64,000 bases of DNA. It comes from Antedon mediterranea (Eukaryota; Animalia; Echinodermata). Positions 1 through 7,862 of the stretch are shown here, piece by piece; the stretch's first letter is position 1; each line of letters begins with the position of its first letter. The translations under genes and the position numbers were made by a program. Location: assembly GCF_964355755.1 (NCBI RefSeq), contig NC_092673.1:10416001-10480000 (forward strand). Direction: 5' to 3'. The notes under the pieces were generated by a model that saw only the letters and a program-made list of their open reading frames with translations, ran no database searches and was not told where the DNA came from.

Positions 1-458
1 CACTTTGATGTTTTGTGTTAAAAGTTTCATCGAAATGCACAAAATGGTCTAAAACGCCTCCAAATCCGTTTTGAAGCTATTCTAAGCACTTTGGTGTTTT
101 TATGTTAACAAGTTTTTTCGAAATGCTCAAAATGTTCTAAAACGGTTTCAAATGTGATTTTAAGCACTTTGATGTTTTTATGTAATCAAGTTTCATCGAA
201 ATGCACAAAATGGTCTAAAACGTTTTTTGTTAAAAGTTTTATAGAATTGCTCAAAATGGTCTAAAACGGTTTCAGATGTGATTTTAAGCACTTTGATGTT
301 TTTTTGTAACCAAGTTTCATCGAAATGCACAAAATGGTCTAAAACGTTCTCCAAATGCGATTTGAAGCTATTTTGTGCACTTTGATGTTTTTGTGTGAAA
401 AGTTTCATAGAAATGCACACAATGGTCTAAAACGTCTCCAAATCCGTTTTGAAGCTAT
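1..458. repeat. Tandem satellite A, ~78-89 bp degenerate monomer (CACTTTGATGTTTT...AAGTTTCATCGAAATGCACAAAATGGTCTAAAACG...), continues off the left edge
   Basis: The CACTTT(G) anchor recurs at 1, 87, 165, 289 and 378. The AAAATGGTCTAAAACG motif (or a 1-base variant) recurs in every unit. The array is cut mid-monomer at ~458. Confidence 0.9.
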
Positions 459-763
459 TAGATCAGCGAGAGAGAGATAGATCAGCGAGAGAGAGAGAGA
501 TAGATCAGCGAGAGAGAGATAGATCAGCGAGAGAGAGATAGATCAGCGAGAGAGAGAGATAGATCAGCGAGAGAGAGAGAGATAGATCAGCAAGAGAGAG
601 AGATAGATCAGCGAGAGAGAGATAGATCAGCGAGAGAGAGATAGATCAGCGAGAGAGAGATAGATCAGCGAGAGAGAGATAGCTCAGCGAGAGAGAGAGA
701 TAGATCAGCGAGAGAGAGATAGATCAGCGAGAGAGATAGATCAGCAAGAGAGAGAGATAGATC
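459..763 (-). repeat. Short (~15 unit) block of the compound minisatellite, reading GATAGATCAGCG(AG)n on +, i.e. the reverse complement of the giant array
   Basis: Read directly. The unit is the exact reverse complement of CGCTGATCTAT(CT)n, and both boundaries are sharp. Confidence 0.97.
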
Positions 764-997
764 GAAGAAATTTGGTTAATGCAATCTAGGAACAATGAAG
801 CGCAACCAGTACGCTACTTGAAAGATATCTCTTAGTGCCACGGGCGGCGTTTGAAACCCCTGGGGACATGCGTTGAACACCCATAGTCGGCGTTAGACAC
901 CAATCGTACCTTCTGTGTTTGTGGGCGATAATCACTAACTTCTGCTTTTGGAAATATTAATTAAAAACTGATTAATTAATCAAAATTACGTTGTTTG

Positions 998-1516
998 TTA
1001 CAGAATGAATTTCGTCTACACAGAATGAATTTTGTCAACACAAAATTAATTTTGTATTGACAAAATTCATTTTGTGTTGACAAAAATTTATTCTGTGTGG
1101 ACAAAATTAATTTTGTCTTGACAAAATTCATTTTGTCTCGACAAAATTAATTCTGTGTAAACAAAATTCATTCTTTGTATGCAAAATTAATTCTGTGTTG
1201 ACAAAATTCATTCTGTGTAGACAAAATTCATTCTGTAACGACAAAATTCATTTTGTGGCGACAAAATTCATTCTGTAACGACAAAATTCATTTTGTGTAG
1301 ACAAAATTAATTCTGTGTAGACAAAATTAATTCTGTGTGGACAAAATTCATTTTGTGGCGACAAAATGTATTCTGTGTAGACAACATTTATTCTGTGTAG
1401 ACAAAATTCATTCTGTGTAGACAAAATTCATTCTGTGTAGACAAAATTTATTCTGTGTAGACAAAATTCGTTTTGTTGCAACAAAATTCGTTTAGTCGCG
1501 ACAAAATGAATTTTGT
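998..1516. repeat. 20-bp quasi-palindromic minisatellite (ACAAAATTCATTCTGTGTAG)n, ~25 units, with an internal orientation switch
   Basis: A 20-bp period is visible as three units per 60-nt line from 1141 to 1500. The first two units read ACAGAATGAATTT(C/T)GTC, the reverse orientation. Confidence 0.93.
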
Positions 1517-2720
1517 TAGCCGAGCCTACTCAAGCGTGGGACAAAACGTTTTAACATTTAAATTAGAAGGCGGGGTTGTTATTGGAAACTCGAAGATTGA
1601 CCGTTATAGGCCTACGATCAAACAGCGCGCGAATGTCATTTTACAACCTCCTCTACACCGGTGCCAACAAATTGTTAATAGGTAAAGGAAATTAATTTAT
1701 CTACCGTGAGTAAAAGCAAACTATTTGAGCAACAGTCTAATATGGAACTTGAATACTTTGCGTCGAGTATAAGTACAGTTTATACTGACGTATAACAATA
1801 TTATTGTACACTTAAAATTAATTCCGATTCAGAAAAACGGAACACGTAGCCCTATATGCCTAACAATTTTGGTAATAAATATTAAAGATGGTTGAAGATT
1901 TATATCGATACCGATAATATTGATTACAAAAATGACAACACTATTTAAGATAACATCTGATAAGTTGAGTAGTAATGAAATGATTTTAGTTAATACATTT
2001 ATTTTAATATAATAGTTAGTATAGGCCTATTTATTCTTATGGGAATTTCTTCGTCTATATAGGCTACCAAGTTTATTTGATAGGAATACTAAATCGCTAA
2101 TAGGCCTAACTCAAGGGAACAAAACTATGATATATCTCTTAAGACATATTATATTAATTGTCTCTAATTGGAATAATAGAGATATCTTTATTGAAAAGAT
2201 ATCTTGGTTGTAAACAGGGATATATCTCTATTGGAACCTAAGATCTATATTGTAAACTAACTACATCTATTAAAAACTAAGATATTTTAGTTGCCTAAAT
2301 AAGTTTGGTCCGCCATAGATTATGATATTGCAAATTGTCGTTAAAAAGTTAAATTTAATTTCAAATTTACGTTTAACTATTAATTTTACTCTCGGTTGCA
2401 TATTATTATATATTTACACCCTCGAAAGATATAATTCAACTTTGACCAAATAGTTATATGGGTGTTCACACAACTGACATATGGCGCCTCTCAAGTATCC
2501 ATTCCCATGGCAGTGTATATAACCTTTCCACCTTCTCCATCGTTGATTTTATTTATTATACATTGCTAATTGCAAATAATTGTTTATAGGTTTACATTGT
2601 TCTTTGTACTTTTAATGTACGTATTCAGTTTTTGGGTGGCTTGATAAGATTGATGTTAAATAAATGTATTTTCCACTAATAAAATATGGAATTGTATCTA
2701 GAGAGTATCGTAATTTCGGG

Positions 2721-2956
2721 CAGAATGGTTTTCGGTCTGGAAAGGTCATTATTACACTGTCTGGAGTGTTGATATTTATACATCAAATGTTCGAATCGAA
2801 TCGAATAGCCCCATTATTGAAGATTAACCGAAGAGGTCCTAGACAACTTGCGTAATCTTGGAGAAGCCCAGACCCTCAGTCAAACCAGAATGGTTTTCGG
2901 TCTGGAAAGGTCATTATTACACTGTCTGGGGTGTTGATATTTATACATCGAATGTT
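2721..2956 (+). repeat. 71-bp direct repeat pair (2721-2791 and 2886-2956), 2 mismatches, 94-bp spacer
   Basis: CAGAATGGTTTTCGGTCTGGAAAGGTCATTATTACACTGTCTGG(A/G)GTGTTGATATTTATACATC(A/G)AATGTT is present twice. Confidence 0.92.
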
Positions 2957-3281
2957 TTATGGGCAATCAGTCCTGAACCTAGCCAACGTAGGCTACCTGG
3001 CCTACTTACTACTGTAGGTTAAAGGTTATTAGGTTTCGCAGGGTGGATGACTGTTATAATAAAACTAACGTGAGCAATCTTTTGTAGTCAGTTCTTTAAA
3101 TTTTTTTTCTTCAAATAATTATTATTTCTGCAATGACTATTATTATCTTAAAGATATATTGTCCCCTGAAAAAATGATTAGGTACGTAACGAAGATAAAT
3201 TAATTTCTTTTTACATTAAATTGAGGCGCTAAACATAAATTTACGAGATCAAATACATGCAGCGAAAGCCAAACAAATTTT

Positions 3282-3489
3282 AAAAATGTACTCTCCCTGC
3301 ACCACATCATCACCAGATGCATTGCTAATGCCTTCTCAAGATGTGTGGTGGAAAGGGGGACGTAAATTCTGTGAACCCGAAACACAGTTGGTAGCATACC
3401 TTTAACTCTATTTCACCGACCAGCGTGGGAATCGAACCCACGACATACGTGTTGTCAACACGACGCTCAGTCGTCTGAGCTAACTGGCC
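3282..3489 (-). mobile_element. Candidate tRNA-derived SINE or Pol III ncRNA: tRNA head, ~130-nt body with long hairpin, T5 run
   Basis: There is no T4+ run directly after the cloverleaf; the first one is AAAAA on + at 3282-3286. The body has inverted arms CACCACA/TGTGGTG enclosing GCATT-GCT-AATGC (~3292-3360). No TSD was identified. Confidence 0.45.
3417..3489 (-). pseudogene. tRNA-like cloverleaf (tRNA-Ile-like body, GAC anticodon); tRNA pseudogene or SINE head
   Basis: Minus strand reads GGCCAGT TA GCTC AGACGACT GAGC G TCGTG TTGACAA CACGT ATGTC GTGGG TTCGATT CCCAC GCTGGTC G. The acceptor, D and T stems pair and the anticodon stem pairs 4/5. The B box GGTTCGATTCC is intact, but the D-loop GG is missing. 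Confidence 0.8.
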
Positions 3490-3578
3490 ATTTTGGTTTT
3501 AAAAGGTTAATATGATATTTATGATGAATTACGTAATACACTTATAAATAGACTATTATAAACTGTTCTTTCGTGTAC

Positions 3579-3657
3579 TACTTTATGGCATAACGGATAA
3601 TGCTCAGGTTTGAGTGCTCTCAGTAGTGGGTTCGAACCTCTAGGGATTTTTTTTTTT
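3579..3657 (+). pseudogene. Degenerate tRNA-like Pol III unit (A box, B box, T11)
   Basis: A box TGGCATAACGG at 3586-3596 with D-stem GCAT/ATGC, B box GGTTCGAACC at 3629-3638, T-run at 3647-3657. The anticodon and T stems pair poorly. Confidence 0.55.
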
Positions 3658-4946
3658 AAATTGAAAATAAATATTGTTTTTGAAAGTGAGATATTTTGAG
3701 GGTTGTAAATGTCAGGCCTAAACAAGTGGACTTTTTTAAAAATCAGAAACAAAGTTGCATGGCATTATTTTTCATTGATTGATTATTCATTTCATATAAA
3801 TAGACTATTAAAATAAAAGGGTCTAAATTTGGCCATTTTTCGAAAATTTCCGCGAGGGGGACCATAAGATTTTTTTTCGAAAAATGGCGAAAATTTACAC
3901 TTTTTAAAATTAGAAAATTCAATAATTATGCTATAATATTGCCATTTTTCCAAATATATTGTGCTAACATCATCTTACAGAGCCATAGTAACTAGTTATG
4001 TCAAAAAATAAAAGGGTTAAAATTTGGCCATTTTTGCGAAAATTTTCCTGGGGGGGACTGTAGGAATTTTTTGGAAAAATGGCCAAAATTTCCAATTTTT
4101 TAAATTCAATAATTATGTTATTATTTTTTTGGCATTTATGCAAATATATTGTGTTAGCATCATCTTCTTATAGAGCCATCGTAACTAGTTATGTCAAAAA
4201 ATAAAAGGATCGAAATTTAACAATTTATCGAAAATTTCGATGCGGGGGACCATATGAATTTTTTCGAAAAATGGCCAAAATTTCCACCTATTAATATTCA
4301 GAAATTATGATATAATATTGCCATTTATGCACATATATTGTGCTAACATCATCTTATAGAGCCATAGTAACTAGTTATGTCAAAAAAAAAAAGGGTCTAA
4401 ATTTGGCCATTTTTTCGAAAATTTCCCCGAGGGGGACCATAAGATTTTTTTTCGAAAAATGGCGAAGATTTACACTTTTTAAAATTCAAAAATTATGCTA
4501 TAATATTGCCATTTATGCAAATATATTGTGCTAACATCATCTTATACAGCCAGAGTAACTAGTTATGTCAAAAAATAAAAGGGTCGAAATTTGGCTTTTT
4601 TTCCTAAATTTTCCTACGGGGACCACACGAAATTTTTCGCAAAATGACCAAAATTTCCACCTTTTAAAATTCAATAATTAGACTATAATATTGCCATTGA
4701 TGCACATATGTTGTGTAAACATCAACTTATAGAGCCATAGTAAATAGTTATGTCAAAAAATAAAAGGTTTGAAATTTCACCATTTTTGCGACAATTTCCC
4801 TGCGGGGGACCATACGATTTTTTTCAAAAATGACCAAAATGTACACCTTTTTAAATTCTATAATTAGGCTATAATATTGCCATTTATGCACATATATTGT
4901 GTTAACATCATCTTATACAGCCATAGTAACTCGTTATGTAAAAAAA

Positions 4947-5142
4947 ACAAGGCCAACAACAATAAGTTGCGTGCTCTCAGAAATAAATGAACTTTCAAAA
5001 AGTAATGTACTTTAAAACTTTTCTGTACATCAAAACAGTTCAAAAGTACAGAAAAGCGATAAAACGCAAAGTGATACCGGACCGACAGACAAATCGACAG
5101 ACCGACCGACATAGTGAACTGTAGAGTCGCGTCCACGCGACT
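4947..5142 (-). mobile_element. Non-autonomous Helentron-type element (HINE / DINE-1-like), ~196 bp
   Basis: On the minus strand: 5' palindrome AGTCGCGT-GG-ACGCGACT (5125-5142), GTCG/GTCT microsatellite (5077-5110), matching 3' subterminal inverted repeat CACGCAACT (4965-4973) and a GGCCTTGT end. It is inserted in a T-tract of satellite B with no clear TSD, and the monomer spacing grows from ~186 to 385. Confidence 0.75.
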
Positions 5143-5639
5143 AATAAAAGGTTTGAAGTTTGGCCATTTTTGCGAAAATTTCCCTGCGGGAGACCATAGG
5201 AATTTTTTCGAAAAATGGCAAAAATTTCCAATTTTCAAAATTCTATAATTAGGCTATAATATTGCCATTTATTCGCATATATTGTTTTAACATCATCTTA
5301 TAGAGCCATAGTAACTAGTTATGTCAAGAAATAAAAGGGTCGAAATTTGGCCATTTGGCCAATAGGATTTTTTATTCGAAAAATGGTCAAAATTTCCATT
5401 GTTTAAAATTCAAAAATTATGCTATAATATTGCCATTTATGCAAATAATTATATGTGCTAACATCATCTTATAGAGCTATAGTAACTAGTTATGTCAAAA
5501 AATAAAAGGATCAAAATTTGGCCATTTTTCGAAAATTTCCCTGCTGGGGACCATAGGAATTTTTTCGAAAAATGGCAAAAATTTCCACTTTTTAAAATTC
5601 AATAATTATGCTATAATATTGGCATTTATGCAAATATAT

Positions 5640-6455
5640 GATGACATTATTAATCAATCATTATGGGGTAATGAGTTTATATGTATTAAAAAGAAGCCGT
5701 TATATAACTGTAACTGGATTAGTTCAGGGTTTTTAAAAATATATGATGTAATAAATAATAATGTGTTTAAGCCTGCGATAGAGATAAAAAGAAGGTTAAG
5801 ATGTACACAAAACTGGATCAGTGAATATTCATGTATATTGAAAGCCATTCCAAAAGAATGGAAATGTATTTTAAAATCAACACATGCCATTAATGTAAAT
5901 GATATACCTATTACAAACAATAAGGTCTTAAATATGACGTCTAGACAATTATATAGATTCATAATAGATGCTCAATATATTACACCTACGGCACAGATTA
6001 AGTGGGAATCCATATTTGGTAATATGCCATGGACAAAAATATGGGTTAAGAAAGTTTCTGGTCTTAAAGAAAAAAAACTGGCACATTTTAATTTTAAATT
6101 GTTGCACAGAATATTGCCAACAAATGAAAGATTACATAGGTGGAGACTTGTAAATTCCCCATGTTGTGACACATGCAATGTAATTGAGAATGATAAACAT
6201 ATGTTAGTAGAGTGCATAACAGTAAAATGTTTATGGAGAGAGATAAACGAAATAATTAGAGCAGTAAGCATACATATTCCTGTTTTTTCTTTCAAAAGAC
6301 TTTTATTTGAAACTGATAATAATTACGTAAATAAATTATACACTTTAGGAGCATTTTGTATTTATAAAGTAAAGATATTAAGTTTATTGGAAAAAGAAAA
6401 AAAAATCAATCTCCTACAAATGTTTAAAGCTGAAAAAAAGATAAGAAATATGTAA
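5640..6455 (+). pseudogene. C-terminal fragment of LINE ORF2 (zf-RVT-type zinc-binding region), reading frame still open
   Basis: The translation contains FNFKLLHRILPTNERL..W and CX2CX7HX4C (CDTCNVIENDKHMLVEC, ~6165-6215) followed by V..LW, typical of Tx1/L1-type ORF2 C-termini. No endonuclease or YADD RT core is present. The ORF-track start at 5619 lies in the satellite. Confidence 0.85.
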
Positions 6456-6497
6456 ATCTGCAGGTATAATGTATAATATACAGTATACCTGCAGATT
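6455..6497. other. 21-bp near-perfect inverted repeat starting at the ORF2 stop codon
   Basis: AATCTGCAGGTATAATGTATA-A-TATACAGTATACCTGCAGATT, one mismatch. Confidence 0.9.
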
Positions 6498-6869
6498 ATT
6501 ATGCTCAACCAGATTAAGGAAGAAAATATGTAAATGAGATACCATGAATGATGAATCTATTATGTTTTTTGTTTTTTTTTCTTGCTACTATATTGTATGT
6601 TTTGTAAATATGTATACCTTGATGATTTGAAAACAAAAAGACAAAATGTGAAAAGCTTTTTATAGATTGATGATAAAAAAAAATGATGAAGGATAAGAAG
6701 GTCTAGGTTTAAGTGGTGAATTGTTTTTCATCAAAGCTTTCATATTATAGGTATATACCGTATATAAGTAATTTGCACATTCTTACTGCATGTGGAATTT
6801 TGAAATGATAAAATGGTTAAAAAGAAAAAAAAATTTCTAATTTTTTTAATGGATCATTAAACAAAAATG

Positions 6870-7321
6870 TTGTTAAATGATAATGTATGTATAAAAAAAA
6901 ATAATAGAATAAATAATAAGTAAAAAAAAATAATTGAATGAAATTTTGATGGGTTATACTGTAGATGCAAAAAAGGATAATCTGTTGGAAATAAATTTTG
7001 TAAACATTTAAAGATAAAAAAAAAATCAATGTTAAAGGATGAGGAAAATATAATGTTAACAGTAAAAAGTTAGTAAGTAATTAGTATAACAGAGAATAAG
7101 CATTGTTTAAATGAAAATATGTTTGAATAGATAAATCCAAAGAAAAATAAAATGGGACAAACCCATGGGATGGATTTATTAAACATAAAAGTATTATAAT
7201 TGTATGAAAATAAGCTTTGTTAATGAAAATGTGTTATAGATAATATGTATAAAAAAAGGAAACTATGTAATCAATGTGGTTAAATGATAATGTATGTATA
7301 AACAAAATAATATATGGAAAT

Positions 7322-7359
<38 letters not shown>

Positions 7360-7862
7360 AAATAAGAAAAAAAAAAGTGGAATGAATCCACATAAGAGAA
7401 GAAAGTAAAAAAGTTCAATGAAAATTTAAGAAGTTATAGATGCAAAAAAGGATCTGCTGGAAATAAAAGTTTTGTAAACATTAAAGAACAAAAATATTAA
7501 TATTAAGGTTAAAGAATGAGAACAATATTATGTTAACAGTAAACATCTAGTATGTAATGAGTATAACAGAGAATATGCATTGTTAAATGAAAATGTGGTA
7601 GATGAAAAAATCAAAAACAACTATGTAAGAAAAAAATAAGCTTGTTAATGAAAATGTGTTACAGATAATATGTTTAAAAAGAGGAAGCTATGTAATCAAT
7701 GTGATAATATGTAAACAAATGAATAAAACTCTTTAAATAAGTATATGCATACAGATGATTAAACAAACATTGTAAATATAATGATATGTATAGTGTATAG
7801 TGAAAAATATATGTAAAGAGAACAGTGGTATGGAAATAAAAGTGGGATGAACCCACATAAGA
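6870..7862 (+). repeat. Diverged ~410-480 bp tandem duplication within the LINE 3' UTR, with a ~31-nt poly(T) at 7324-7354
   Basis: Paired motifs: TAGATGCAAAAAAGGA ~6962/7437, ATGTTAACAGTAAA ~7053/7530, GTATAACAGAGAATA ~7084/7561, CTATGTAATCAATGTG ~7263/7689, GTGG.ATGAA.CCACATAAGA ~7377/7842. Confidence 0.75.

Noticed and set aside
843-903. Three loose GCGTT..ACACC-like repeats about 20-23 bp apart
   Set aside because: Too short and degenerate to assign without a search.
2120-2290. Degenerate AGATATCT / ATATCTCT-rich repeats, possibly a decayed MITE interior or a relative of the 19-mer
   Set aside because: No consistent period or termini could be established by eye, and the CGCTGATC core is absent.
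3417-3489. Functional tRNA-Val(GAC) gene
   Set aside because: It lacks the D-loop GG, has a T-T mismatch in the anticodon stem, a G discriminator and no adjacent terminator, and this anticodon is normally avoided in eukaryotes.
193-5238. Short ORFs at 193, 1473, 2664, 3200, 3519, 4340, 4864 and 5040
   Set aside because: They lie in satellites, tRNA-like units or the HINE, have low-complexity F/K-rich translations and show no recognisable domains.
7324-7354. Poly(T) as the tail of a separate antisense retro-insertion
   Set aside because: No flanking TSD or distinct element body was found, and the sequence on both sides belongs to the duplicated UTR modules.
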